Shown: positions 13,726 through 28,375 of the stretch, one piece after another | Position numbering within the stretch: the first letter of the stretch is position 1 | Layout of the letters: each line of letters starts with the position of its first letter | NCBI GenBank assembly: GCA_044892525.1 | Contig: CM097885.1 | Span: 19,966,001 to 20,030,000, forward strand | Source: Schmidtea polychroa | Taxonomy: Eukaryota | DNA: 64,000 nt | Direction of reading: 5' to 3' | Notes under the pieces: generated by a model | What the model was told of the DNA's origin: nothing | The model's database searches: none | What the model saw: only the letters and a program-made list of their open reading frames with translations | Program-made: the position numbers and the translations under genes

Positions 13726-14767
13726 TTGTTCATTTTAAAAATTATTATTTAATTTTTATTATCAGATTAACGCAAAAGAATTTTTATTTAAATTTTTTTT
13801 GATAAAAATATCAAATAAAAAACTTTTAAATATTTTAATTTAAATAAATTCATTATAATAAATTGAATTTAGCCAACTGAAATATTTTATGGAAAATAAT
13901 TTAATTTCCTTTTACTATCAATAAATTACTGGTAATTATATGTAAGGAAATTTTTCCAAACAGTCACAAAGTTGCTCTGGAAAAATATATTGAACAGTTT
14001 ACCGAAATATTTATATAAATAAAATTTCATTAAAATTTTTTTTAAAAATTAAAAATTCCATCCAAAAAATAGATAGACTTCTGACAATTCAATTACAAAT
14101 ATTAATTATCTACCAGTCATTTGTTCAAGTCACAGAGACAGCTCACAAATTTCTCGAATAAAAAAAATATATTTATGTTGTTTTAATTGGCAAATTTTTT
14201 TAAGTACCATTAAAAATAAAAAAGCTACTGATTAATTTTTTTAGGGAATAATAATTAAATTCTCATTCATAAAACATAAAAAAACATATTTAGAACATTT
14301 AGAACATTTAAATAAAACAAAATTATCTATCTATTTAATTTTGGTGAAAACAGTTTGTGGTTAATAATTAATTCTTTAAAATTATGCCCAAGATTGGATT
14401 TTTATAAATATTAAGACATTTATTTGAAAATCTGGTATAAAATAATAAAACAATTATTTTTAAATACCTAATCAAATAAAAAGATGTTTACCATTAAATC
14501 ACTGTTTCATAAACTTTGTACAAAAATATACATTTTTCCTTCATAAAGATGAAGTGTCCCAAAAAATTAATTGTTCACATAATTATACACCTAACCTAAT
14601 TTACACGATACCTTTTTACACGTTTTCGTTCTTACACGGTTTCAAAAATTATAATTTTTTTAAAAACTATTTGAACATTTGGTTTCATAAATTGGCTGCA
14701 TTTAATATTTCTTCACTTCTAGCAACATTTATATCAATATCTATATACATACACATACATTTATTAA

Positions 14768-14862
14768 CAAGCTTGACTATGAATCAATAAATATATAAAA
14801 ACATCGATATATTTACTGATTCATTGTCAAGCTTTTCAATTGAAAAGAAATCAGTGGTGAAA
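14768..14862 (+). repeat. dispersed hairpin repeat (AAGCTTGACTATGAATCA...TGATTCATAGTCAAGCTT)
   Basis: Related copies at ~2525-2570, 5383-5442(-), 44260-44392, 61844-61958(-). Confidence 0.7.
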
Positions 14863-15306
14863 ATATCCATAAACAGGTTATTAGAAGCTGCTAACACATC
14901 TTCTAAATTATTTTTAAAATCCGGTTCAAAAGTTAACGATATAATTCCAAGTATTTATCATATCACATATTGTATAATTTTAAACAAATTTTCAGCGTTG
15001 AATAAAATATTTTCAAAACCATTTATTAAAATATTTCAATATTTAAGACATATTTATTTAAAAATTTTTCATTAATAACATTTCTTTTTTAAAAAGCTAT
15101 TTTAATTTTTAATTCAAAAATTTCAACTTAAAAATTCCAATTTAAAAATTATTTAAAAGTTATTTTAATAGTCAATTATTTACAATTTAAAATTATGTTG
15201 ATAAATTATTGAAATATTTAACTCAGCTGAAAACACCTCACACAAGTAATTGCTCGAATTAATTATTCCAGGTTATTGTTGAAATTATTTTATTGATATT
15301 TAATTA

Positions 15307-15340
<34 letters not shown>

Positions 15341-18300
15341 TTATATACTTTGATATTGATTATGGTGTTAAAATGGTGTCTTAGTAATTCATCAAGCCTC
15401 AAACCCTTTCAAAATAATTTTCCTTTTCCACAAAAATTGGTCGCCTTAAACTATTGTAAAATATTCATTTCAATTGATAGAATACGAAACCTATTATAAT
15501 GAATATTTGTGCATAATTTCATTGAAAACGAAATATATCCCAAAGATTTAACAACAAAAAAAATTTATAAATACTCATGCTTACCTCCATATCAAAATGA
15601 GAATCTATATCTGAAATAGAGAAATAAAACGAACCTTTAGGACAATAAACAGATGAGTTTAATTCTGTAACAGAATCACTTATTCAGTTGTTTCAATTGA
15701 CAGTTGAATTTTATTTCCGATTTCGTGTGACCAAGCAAAGTTTATAAATGGCATACAGGAAAAAATGTTTACGCAAAATAAAGTACATTGAAAATTATTC
15801 ATTTTCAAATGCTGAAAAATATAACAGGAAATCATAATGACCATAGTCAATATGATTAATTGAAATATTAGAATTGGTCAAATTTGGGCCTTAAAATCAA
15901 AAGTGGAATTTTATTATTCTACAAACCAAATGTAGATGTAGAAGACAATAATGTTTAATAAAAAATCATTTATTTAACCAGGTCACTGTGGGCTCTATCA
16001 GGCCCAAGTAGAGAGGCCAGATCAGGAGGACCATATGTACTGGGGGCCATTGCAGTATAATAAATAATTAGGGAATATTTGTGTAGTAAGTATAAATGTA
16101 CAAATTGATCTCTGTCAATAGTAACTTTGAAACTAATAATACTTATTTTTAGATTATGCAATTGTAAGCAGTATAAAAAGTGTTTCAAATGTCCCGATTT
16201 GAGTTTTATTAAATATCTGAATATAATATCATAAGATATCGAGAAATCCATTCTAAACATTTATTTATTTAAATGCTTCCATGGTAATTTCCTTATAGTT
16301 TAGCAACTTCATTTGACAAATAATTAGATAATTTTGTAGCATTGCTGATCTAAAAATTGTATACAATATATATTCGCAGAATTGCGGAGAGTCCTTCTGC
16401 CACATGGATGCAAATATTTTTTATAAACCCTTTAATTATATTCTCTCAATTCAAAATACTTTTATGATTAAACTTTTCCTGTTTTACTTTACTGAAATTA
16501 GATTTTTTTCTTTGTTTTAAAATCTCCCTTCCAAATTTTGTCTTTAAATCACAATATTTATCTTCTTTCGCTTTGATTTCTTTGTCAGCCTAGAAATTTG
16601 CATTAATTTTAAATGTTTCCTTTTCTAAAAATATTTCGTTTTTATTGTGAAACTTTGTCTTGATATTAGCGTCTGACTATGATAATAGTTTCTCAGTAAA
16701 AAGCCTATTCTGGTTTCTACATATAGTGTTTTCCGCGCCTCTTTTCTTTATTTCTTTTGCTTTAATTATTTTCTCATTTTCTTCCTCCTTTATTTTTTAT
16801 CTTGCCAGAAAGTGAAAGTATTTCTTATTATAAGGTTGTTGTGTGTAATGTATTTGTGTTTGTATTTTATTTTCCTCACCAAAATTATGTTTCTGCTATT
16901 CAATACACCCAATTCCGAAATTTAGTAACCTCTATAATTCACGTTTGTGTGCACACCAGTTGAGGTGAGTCACCATTTACGTGAAAATGAAGTTATTCAA
17001 TTTCATTTATTCAATTTCTTAAAAATGGTTTTCAGGTAATATTTTTAATTTTAAGTAACTTTAATACTTGAATTTATATAATTATATAATTTTATATAAT
17101 TATGAGATCGTTATTCAAGTTCTTAAATATTACTGTCAGTCATCATTTATAATATAACATATTGATAATTAAATTTCAGGTGTGTTTTTAGGAATTTTAT
17201 AACATTTTATGAATTTATATGGAATTATTTCGATAAAATGTAAGTTAGATATATTTTTAACTATAAATAAATAAACTAATCACTGAAGACATTAATTTTT
17301 TAATACAATTAGGAAAGAAGCGGCGTACATGTATGACATAGTTTTTTAAATTTTTATAATCTTCATTCTGCAGCTCATTTCCCCCATTTTCAAAGGCATT
17401 AATAAGCCCAATTTTGTCATTTTCTGTATATCTATGAAAATATTAATTTATTAAAATAATTTATTTAAATTTACGAATTGCGAATTTCTTTCTACAAATC
17501 AAAATATGTCGAAGGACCTTCTTCAATATTTGTAAAGCTACCTTCACACATACTGTAAAATACTTTAATGTTTCGTAATTTAATGAATAAATCTTACATT
17601 GTCAGATTTTCACCTTCGCAAAGAGGCAATGTATCCTGAAAATTATCTGTAAATCTAAATAGTTTATCTTCTAAATTATTTTATAATTAAATTTTACGAT
17701 GAATTTTCTTCTTTTTCTCTGAAGCTTAAGGTAGAGCTGTCGAATTCTAAATTAAAAGTATTTTCCTGCATAATTTTTTAATAATTTCAAAATAATTATA
17801 TTTAAACAATATGTTAACAATATGTTAATGGTTATTTATTTCGGAACAAAAAAAAGCTATAATAAATTTGCAAGTGGGTGTGTTTAATTTTTCTATATAT
17901 AAATTAATCATGTCATATACTTTACCTTAACTTACCCCCTTTGGTGTAAACATAAAAATTAGTTGAAAATATCCAACTATTTTGATTTCGAGATAAAAAA
18001 AATACAAACTACATTTATTTATCCGGAATATTCAAACAAAGCGAATTTTCTTAAAGTCATTTATTTAACATTTATTCAACATTTTTAATTTTAAATTATT
18101 ACCTAATTAATTAACTGCTAAAACATGAGGTCTTACAATGACGTCTAAAACGGTTAACTCTTACTAAGAAGCCTAGATTAATTCCCTCTCACCAAGAAGC
18201 CTGGAATGGTCAACCCTCAAGAAATATTGATTATTTTCAATGAATAATATATATTCTAGAAAGGTTAAAATATATTTCCCTGTAAAATTCGTTTCAATGA

Positions 18301-18854
18301 CTTGGTAAGGTGCTGAGTTGACAAAAGAAAGAGTCTGCATATCTTCCATTTAATGAAACTTTGATTAATTTATTAAAATTTATCACTTTTTGTTCACTTA
18401 TTACTGTCTACATACTTTTTTTCTATGAATTACCGTAAATGGTAGGGCATTCTCCCTTGAGTAATTAAGTGCCATTCGAGTGACAATGTCTCAAATGTCT
18501 CCTATGGCATCAATGTTAAGTAGAAAACTCATCCATTAATTTTGTCTTAATTTTACTACTATCAATTATAGAAGCGCAAATACTTGAAATATATAGCCGA
18601 GAGAGAATTAGAATATTGGGATAAGAAGGCAATTTGGGAAATAAAAATCTTATATCTAAACAATTAATTAAAATAAAATTGTTAAACAGTCGTTGACTGC
18701 TATTTTAGAAAATATCTATGAGGAAATTGAAAATTTGTTCTTGCGCTCACAAATGGGAGGATGCGGCTCAATGAAATTCTTCATAGATATATAAACAATA
18801 ATAGAAAGGAAACTGTTACATTTTCGATATGAATTTATATTTACATAATGTTTT

Positions 18855-18937
18855 TTCGATGAACTTGTAATTCGACGAACGTGCATTCGATAAACTTGCA
18901 TTCGATGAACTTGTTTTCGATGAACTCAACGTGAATC
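18855..18937. repeat. 15-bp tandem repeat (TTCGATGAACTTGCA), probably a DNA-transposon subterminal array
   Basis: About five degenerate units. Confidence 0.7.
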
Positions 18938-20652
18938 GAATTAGTAAGGGTCCTTGATATTTGGGCGAAGGATAACTAAACACCTTTAACTAGGCGCTGA
19001 TTAATTTGGCGAGAGACAAATTGGTAGTGGGAAAACATTGAATATCTGTAAATGTAACAATAAAATTAATTTAGAAATAACAAACGAAAATTTTATGTAA
19101 ATAAAATTCAAAACTAAAAGTCAAAAAGAAATTATTTGTGGATTTTTATTGTTTTTACTAAATATAATTATGGATATTGAAAGTTATTTTTAAGAATAAT
19201 GCTGATGAATTAATTATAACGTAATTGTTTTGGGATATTTGATTGCTCTAACACATATATTATGCTATTTAGACATGTATATGAATATCTGTAAGTTTGA
19301 TTGATTAATTTTGATTGTCTGTGTTCTCAAATTATATTATTGTTTAATTTTTATCCCAAAGATATATGTAATGTAAATAAATATGTAGTATGAAAAATTA
19401 AGAAATTATATGGCTTGGATGTTATTAATGAAATATTGTTTTGGAATTGTCATTTATTTTCTATATTAGGTTGACTGTCTTTTGGATCCACTTCGTATGT
19501 ATAATTATATATATCAATTGCTTAATTTTATTACATGATAGGTATAAGGTCAGTTATGTCAAGCATTTTGTTTTAACTTTAAAAATTACAAGAAAATATG
19601 TTAATTTCCAAGTTGCATTTTGTTACATGAGCGGAGAGTTCGCCTTGTTTAGCACTATCCAAATTTCCTACAGAACGAACCGATTCAAATCATGCCAATC
19701 AAAAAAATTATCCATCAAAAGACTAATTTCTTCCAAGATCAATAAATATTGTTTTCATTCTTCTTGTAGCGTATATTAAAGTTTTGTGTCCAACTTTGAA
19801 CATCAAACTTGGTTGAAAGAAGAATTTCATAAAGGATTTGAAGGATATAGAAACTCTTGGCAATAAATTTTGAGTTATTAATGACGTTGAATTGAACTGA
19901 AATTTTATTAGGATTTCAAATAAAGAATTTTTTCATTGATATCAAGACAGATTTTCACAGCATAAAATTACACGGGATAAAAATTACACAGAAGAAATTA
20001 CACCAAGACAAAATTACACATTTAATTAATTAATGTAAAAAATATGAAAATTGATAGCGTAGGCCGTTAATATGTGAAGATCCATATAAACTTATAAAAT
20101 AAAACACAATTACATGGCTTTTTAATTTCACTGTTTATAAACACTAAAAATAAAAAGAAATAACACATAAGAAAATTATACTTCATTTCATCTAATAAAA
20201 AATTTCAATGTTGAAAAATGCAGACCTATGTATTAATTGTATTCAAGTTATATTTCTATTGTTACTTATTCCAAACTTCTACAAACTCAAATACATAAGT
20301 ATCAAAGAAATAACAGAGCGGTTGGTCTATTCATCTGAAAGCAATAAGTATCATTGATGGGGAACTTTTCATCGATTGGGCCATATGGTCTAATTTCGAT
20401 TTGAGTGCGGACCAAAAAAATTATTTGTTAAAACATGAGTCATGCGATATTAATTTATATTTTTAATATGACACAATAATTAAGTCAAAACATTTTTGTT
20501 AATAAATATATTTTACACATATATTTGTTATAAAAAAGAAAATGGAAATTAATATATTTTCATCTTGATGGCAGTTCCATACTGTTTAGTTTAGGTAAAT
20601 TCGGTAAATTAGAGATCCTTGCTAGAAATGTGTAAATTATCGTATTTATAAA

Positions 20653-21850
20653 TGTAGAGACATACAATTAACTTGAACACATAATTTATTGTTATTAACA
20701 TTGTCGAAGAACTTGAACATCACTAGAGATATCATTGTGAATACGATGAAGGTTTCTTTTTCCTGTATTTCTGAGATATTTGATCCATTGATTTTGACTT
20801 GATTTGATGATTCTTCAACTTCTTCAACTTGTTCGACTTCAGTGACAACTTCAGTTACTTCGTTAGACATGTTTGAGTTTGATGATTTTTTAAATTGAAT
20901 TTGATAATGATTTTTGTAAAAAGAGAAAGTAAAAGATTATTTAAACAATTGTTTTTAAATTTAAATTTAAATTTAATTAATTCAATAATATATTTTTAGT
21001 TCAATTATTAAATTAATAAAAGTGCTAGTCAGAGGCACTACAATAGCCCCCGCCGAAGTACGCGGAGCGTATCAAAAGATAAAGACAGCGATAATAGTGG
21101 AAGCAGTCACTGAAGATCATAATCTGAGAGGTATTGAGGGAGTTTACGTGTTCGCCTTGAGGGGAATGGCGGATTTTTTTGAAGGAGTTGAACGTTTGAT
21201 GTGTCTGGTGGTGTTGTCGGTTGTTCCATGTCTTCTAATATGTCTTCGTTTATCTTCAAGTCTTTTGTGATATGGGTGTTTTGGATTTGGTCGTATTCAA
21301 GAGTGCAAAAGGTTGGTTTTAATCTGGAAAGGTTGATCATGACGTCGTTGTTGTCAATATCGAGTTTCGCTGTATTTTTTACAGCTCTATGATGCGAAAG
21401 AGACCTTTGAATCTGGGTTTGAGGTTTGAAGAGTCAATAGTTTTCATCCATGCGTGAGTTGCTGAGGAAAGGGACTGTGGTATATATGGTTTGTACGATG
21501 TGGAATATGTGAATGACGGATTAGTATCTAAGCTCAAAAAATGGTTTCGTGTTAGATTGATCTCGTCTAATGGTGAGTCATTGTAAAGATCGATAATTTC
21601 ATTGGGCATGAAAGTGTTCGATCCAAAAAAAAGTTGTGAAGGAGACACACCGCTTGAACGATTGGGTGTGTTGTGCCATCCTAGTAAAACAAATGGTAAC
21701 GCTTTAATCCATGAAGTTGAAGTTGAGAGTATTCTGAGAGATGCTTTCAAAGTCAATTGTTTTTAAATTTAAATTTTAATTTAACTAATTCAATTATATA
21801 TTTTTAATTTAATTATTAAATTAATAAAAGTGCTAGTCAGAGGCACTACA
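20653..21850 (-). mobile_element. internally deleted Ty3/gypsy LTR retrotransposon (family B)
   Basis: 5-bp TSD ATAAA (20648-20652, 21851-21855); complete 3' LTR 20653-21042 (TGTAG...CTACA); PPT GGCGGGGGCTAT; first ~97 bp of the 5' LTR (21754-21850) fused to an integrase C-terminus. Confidence 0.85.
21107..21756 (-). pseudogene. gypsy integrase C-terminal fragment
   Basis: LKASL..WIKALPFVLLGWHNTP..GVSPSQLFFG, KPRFKGLF (GPF-like), INLSRLKP, RKLPQYLSDY. Confidence 0.8.
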
Positions 21851-22975
21851 ATAAATACCTAAAAAAAAGAGTTACGAGTCCTTTACACGATTTACAAAAA
21901 GTTATAATTTTTATAAATAAATTAATTTATATTACATATTTTCTAAGTTAATTTGTTTGTATTTTGTGCGAGATTTGAACGCTAAGGTAAGTTTTTATTT
22001 TTCTATTACGCTATTACATTTGATATTAACGTGCGACTTACCAAATCGAGTAACTCCATGTTCTGCAATATTTGACAGACCCTAATTTGGTTTTTTCGAA
22101 TCAGGAAAACTACGATATTTTTCATATCACCAAAAAAAGCAACAATAATCAAAAGTATTGTGGATATACTTTCGAAGTAGGTAGTTAGGGGCTCCCCGCA
22201 ACAATAGGGGGGGGGGGGGTAAAAAATGTTGCAACTTTTGATAGCATAATTTTTGCCGTAGACATTTTTTGATTACGCAATTGTTCCCAACTCATTTTTT
22301 TGCTTTCCGGGAGTTTTAGTCCAAATTTTTTTTTCACACTATAGTGTGTGGGTCTCCTTGGTCCTGGGATTTTCAATACAAAAATTTTTTTTTTCAATAC
22401 ATTTAGATAGGTCCTATAGAAAAAGGCCAGTATTTTTTCTGACTATAGTGAGGGGGTCTCGATGGTCCTGGGATTTTCAATACAAAAAAAAATTTTTCAA
22501 TAAAAAAAGTGGTCTACACTAAAAAGCATGGAATAATTTAGACTATAATGAGGGGTCACCTTGCTCCTTTGATTTTCAATAGTAAAAGGTGGTATACACT
22601 AAAAAACGTGGTAAATTTTTAAATTAAAATAAATAATGGTCCAAATTTTTCAATTAAAGTAAATTATGGTTCTAAAAAATCGAATTAAAGTTAAATAAGT
22701 AAATTAAAGTAATAATTTTTAAAAAAGTAAATTATAGTAAATTAAAGTAAGATTTTTAAATTTATTAACAAAAAGTTGGAATAATAGTAGGTGTTTGAGA
22801 ATTGAAATTTTTTAATGAAAATTTTTATGAAATATTTTTTTAAGTAATTTTTTTTAATGAAATTTTTTATAGATTAATTGTTAAAGATAATTTTCAATGG
22901 AAATTTTAATGGAATAATTTTTTAAGTAAATTTTTTTTAAGCTATTTTTTTTATAGATTAATAATAATAATAATT

Positions 22976-23043
<68 letters not shown>

Positions 23044-23204
23044 TCAACCAAATACTATACAACACATAAAAATAACTAGACACATAACAAAACATATAAA
23101 CATTAACTAAACACAACAAAATAACTAGACACATAACAAACATAAAAATTTACCAAACAAATAAAAAGAACAAAAGTATAGATATAAAATTTTATTTAAT
23201 AAAA

Positions 23205-26200
23205 TCATTCTTCATCAGATAAAATAATGTCATTAATATCATCTTCTCCAAAATCTTCTCCAACAATTTCTCCAACATTTTCATCATTTTCTTCTCCAAC
23301 AATTTCTCCAATATTTAATTGACTTAATCTTACATGCCCATATGCAAGACTAGTATTTTTCCCCACCCAAACCCTTTTGTCATCTTTGTTAGTTAGTGCT
23401 ATTTTAGTGTTTTTAATTGTAAAAATTTGATGATTTTTGCTTGTTATTTTAGTCTGAGGAACCGAAAAAATCTGGTTAGTGTTATAACAATCCAGGTATG
23501 ACTGATGTTTTATGTCACTACCTTTCAATGTTACACCTTTAGCCTTTTTTGTTTCCTCATCACCCAACAAGCTATAACATTTAGGTCTAAGAAAAACCCA
23601 TTCCTTATATTTAAGACCTTTATTCTCGTCTTTGAACTTTCCAATGACAGAATCAAGGTTCTTACTATATAAGGAATGACAAATATTGTAATTGGAAGTA
23701 TCTAATAAATTATCTCGAATCATTGCAGGTAAAAGAACCTCAAGTTTACAGTTAATTACTTCGAGGAAAAAAGAGTCTGTATCACCTGCAACGATATTAA
23801 TTTTACAATTAAACTCATTGCGAAATGATTCCAAATCCTTATATTGTAATTCATACATTCTAAGTTTAGATAGATCAAGTACAGATTGACCAATGTAACT
23901 TGGTCTATCTAAACATATAGAATCTGAATTCAATAATGCTGCAATTAAATTATCGTCTATTTTAATAGATTTTTAAAAGTCGGCTTTGAAGAATATTTAA
24001 CTAATTTACCGGCAGTAGTACAAAGAGGAAGAATCATTCTTCTCTTTAAATTTTCAACTGTTTTGCCGTATAAACTGTTATTTAACAATTTATAATAATT
24101 TTTATCTAAGTTATTTATGCTTTTTGACCTTAATTCTGTATTCGTATCTATATATTTTTTAAAAATTGGAGATTGCTTAAATCTTACACCTCTATTTACA
24201 CGTGTTACTTTAACAACAAGTTCCAAATATAATTTTAATAATCTCCAATGAATCACATAATTAGATTTTGGAAGATGAGTTAATAATAATTTTTCAACCT
24301 TAGACCCAGCAGGTTTCATTTTTTCAGCAGCTACAGGGAAATCATCCAACTTATCATGAATCTCAGAGGGAATTACAAGATCAACTTCAAGAGTGTATCC
24401 ATAAGACAAAGATTCAAGATTTAAATTCCAACATTCATCCATTATTAAATCAAATCCATCAAGAACCCAACTAAATTCACCACAAGGTAATGGTTGACTT
24501 AAAGCCCAACCGTAAAGATTATTAATATCTATATAAAGTAACTCGGTGTTTTCATCGGTTTTTACATAATGTTTATTGACAAAAGTTAGACCTTCTCTTA
24601 TTCCACCCTCATAAAAGCTAAACATTTCGTTTTCAGTTATCAGTTCAATCGGTTCATCTAAAGACATTAATGCAGAAGACCAAGACATACCAGGAATTCC
24701 GAAGTAATTCAATGGTTCTAATCTATTGTGAGCAATAGATTTCAAACGAAACTGATGAAAGAAATCGGCCAAAAGAAAACAATCGAGTTTTAAGTATATC
24801 ATCATGTAGTCTAATAAAGTTACGCAATTAGTTTCAACCCAAATCTCCTGAGCTTTTTCATACTCAAGTTCCGTGACACCTTCCCAGATTGGTGGTAATT
24901 CATAAGTAGTTTGGAGAATATCTAAAGATGTAGCGAAATTGTATGGAAAGATTCCTTTTTCAGAAACTATAGTGCCAGTAAAAACAGAATTAGTTAAAGG
25001 TAAAGTATTCAAAGTTTTGACTGCTTTAGCTAAAGAATCATTAACAAATTGATAAGAATCAATGAATCTTAAGCTAATTTTTCCTAAATGCGCAATCAAA
25101 AAAATAAATTTTTCAGTCGTTATTGGGATGCAACCTAAAGTCCAATTTTTAAATTTATTTAAACCATATTTAAGTATATGGTGCATATCGTATCCCTTCA
25201 AGTTGTGAAATACGATAGGCAAAAGTTTATTTATTTTCCTATTTATGTTACATGTGCTACAAGCTGCACCCAATTATTTCCCCGTAAAATGATCGTGATC
25301 TCTAACAGGATCGACGATAGATTTCATACAAAGATAACAAACAGATGCACTAACAAATTGACGTTGTTCAATTTTTGTTAATTTCATCATAGGTTTCCTA
25401 CCCATTTTATAATAAAAAGGAAGAACCTTATTTAATGCTATATCCTCTATAGCACTTAAAAACTCTCGACGCAATCTAAACCTATGAACTGTTGATAAGA
25501 TTTAGATCCGTCAAAGTTATTTACAAGTAAAAGACAAGCAGATATTGGCATGTGTCGTTGGAAATGAACATTATCAGAAGGTAAAATAGCCTCAAAAAAA
25601 AACTACAAAAGGAGGAGTTACTGTTTTCGACCAGTCAGTAAACTGTAATAATTTATTTTGAGGGAAAGTATAAAGAGTTGTTCCTAATTGATTACGTTCA
25701 CATAATATTTCATGTTTGTCCAGTGCGTGTTTATACCTAAACCCATTCAAACACCGATGGCACCATAATGATTGTATGCGTGTAGAACAAGTAGTGTTGA
25801 TATGACAATTCAGTAACTTATTTAAATTACTTATAGCAACGTAATGGAAATTGTTTCCTTTATTTAATAGTAGTAAATTAATTACAGTTCCATTTAAAAC
25901 TTTGGAACGATGTATAATATCTAAATGTGGATGTTTTAATACGTAATTATCAGTTAATTGTTTGCTATTATCATATGAAAAAACGTTAATTATTAAGCCT
26001 GGATTTTTAGATTCAAATTTCCTAATATCTTTTAATTTCATAGGTAATTCTAACGGGTCGTATACTAAGTCAGATAAATTATAACTAGATGTCCTATTTC
26101 TAGCATATCTACTAATCTCATCATATTTTAAAATAGCTAAAATGCTATATAAAAAACATGAATCATCAGTGTTTTTTATATTAATTAAACAATATTTATT

Positions 26201-27102
26201 TTTTAGATAAGTAGGTGTTTTAATGAAACTCCTACCACTTAATCTACTTAACCTACTTATTTTAGTTATGGTGAAATGTATTTCAGTAATATTTTTTATA
26301 TTCCAACTGCTTCCTAACTCAGTAATATTAGTAATTTTCTCATTTAATTCCTTAATGCCTTCATCAAAAAATGATGCAGTTAAAGGCTTTGCATAATTTG
26401 AGATATTATTAACCTTTATTTCCCCGTCTTTTTCAAATTCGATTGTTATTCCGAATTGAATTTTGACGGAGCATAATTCGTTAATAATATCTCGTAATTT
26501 TATTATTAGTTGTTCAGGAAATATTATTTCCTTTATATTTAAGTCACTTGTATTTAAGCTTAATATTTGATGGGTACCTCTTAAATCTTTTTGTATTATT
26601 GGAACATTTCCACCTATTTGTATTATATTTAATCCATCCCAAGAATCAAAGGAAGTGAATAATCCATCATTGGATTCAACAACCAATCCATCATCGGATT
26701 CAACAACCAATTCGACCTGGGATTCTACAACCAATCCATCATTGGATTCAACAAAAGGCAATCCGACCTGGGATTCAACAAAACGCAATCCGTCCTGGGA
26801 TTCAACATCTAATCCGTCCTGGGATTCAAAAGAAGAAGTATCTAATTTAATTTTTTTATTTGTATTATTTTTTTCTATAGTTGAGGGTCTTTTAAAAACA
26901 CTATATTTTTTAAAATTAAACCTATCTAAATGATTTTTATGTTTATTATAAAAAACGCTATATGTTACGGGGTCACTAGTCTTACATACGAGACATATAA
27001 AATAAGTTTTATTATAATATTTTTTCGTGTAATAATTCTCCATTATAGAATGTCAATTATTATCATGCTCTTTTGATGAACAATAATTTGGGTAAAGTAT
27101 AC
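23205..27102 (-). pseudogene. protein-primed family B DNA polymerase (Polinton pPolB), left-arm copy, disrupted
   Basis: FHNLKGYD (ExoII), YLKLDC (ExoIII), YIDINNLYG, KLLNNSLYGK, GDTDS, RPKCY, KAKGV, DDKR; split by frameshifts and in-frame stops. Confidence 0.92.
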
Positions 27103-28017
27103 CTATAAAATAAAATTTAATAAAAAAAATATAATTTAAATGAAATATTTTAATAAATGTTTACGCAAAAATTTGCAAATTATTATTATTTTACAAATTT
27201 TATTTACTAAAAAATAAAAATTTACTAATTTAAAAATATTAACATTTACTTAAATAAAAAATTATATTAAATTTCCTTTAAATTATAAAAAGTAATCAAT
27301 ACTTACATTGTAAATTTTCATTTCGATTTATTGACACATTGACATAATTTTTCTCTTTATTCGTATTACCTAAATTATTAATTAATTAAATCAATAAATT
27401 AAAAATTATGTTTACTTTTTCTTTTCAAATTTCCTTTAATCTTCGTTTTTAAATTGTCTTTATTTAATATTATCTAAATTAATTAATAAATTAATTAATA
27501 AATAAATTAAAATTTACCAAATTCCTGAATTTTTTCTCGGACATTCATAACGTTTTCTATTAAAGAATTCATTTTTAAAGGTTAATTATTTGTTAAATGT
27601 GACTAATGATTGATTATTGTTTATAGATTATTATTGTTTATAGGAACAAATTCTAACCAATCAAAATCAAGGAAGGGTAAGAAAAAATTAATATATTACG
27701 TTGCGGTATTTTAAAATTTAAATATATTTAAAAAACACATTTTGACGCTAAAGTCGACTTATGTAACAAAGACATAATAAACTTATTATTTACTACAAAT
27801 ATTTCACCTATCAAATACCTAACTAGAGATGATATATATTGATTGTTCATAAAAGCAAACTTAATCACAAATTTCTGTATATCCTACAATAATTATCAAG
27901 TAAATTTAAAGTTCTTGATAAAGTTAACTGGTTTCTTAGCTTATGTTTTTTTTAAAAAAGTTCATCAATGTGTAAATATTCTTAGAAAATTATTGAAAAA
28001 AATTATTTAGTCAAATG

Positions 28018-28375
28018 CATTACAAAGTCATCTAAAATTAAACCAATTACTCAATTATTAACCTAACAGTCATTAAAAAAAAATTAATTTTTATTTAAAA
28101 TTTAACAAATTATCAAGAAATTCAATTAAAATCATCATTAAAACTTTAAATTTTTTAATAAATCAACATGAAATTCTTAGAAAATATATGACAAAAATAT
28201 TATTACAAAGTCATATCCTATCACGTGATTATTAACCTGACTGTCATTAAAAATAATTTTTATTTAAAATTAAAAACCCAATCAATAAAAATGCATCCAA
28301 TTATCAAGAAATCAATTAAATTTATCTTAGAACTAACTTAAAATTTTTAAATATTCAATTCACATGAAATTCACG
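28018..28375. repeat. degenerate ~185-bp tandem duplication
   Basis: TTACAAAGTCAT...ATTATTAACCT..AGTCATTAAAAA...AATTATCAAGAAAT...CATGAAATTC occurs twice. Confidence 0.6.

Noticed and set aside
26655..26933. Antisense NPSWDSTT-repeat ORFs (also 30455-30706)
   Set aside because: Shadow frame of the pPolB peptide repeat
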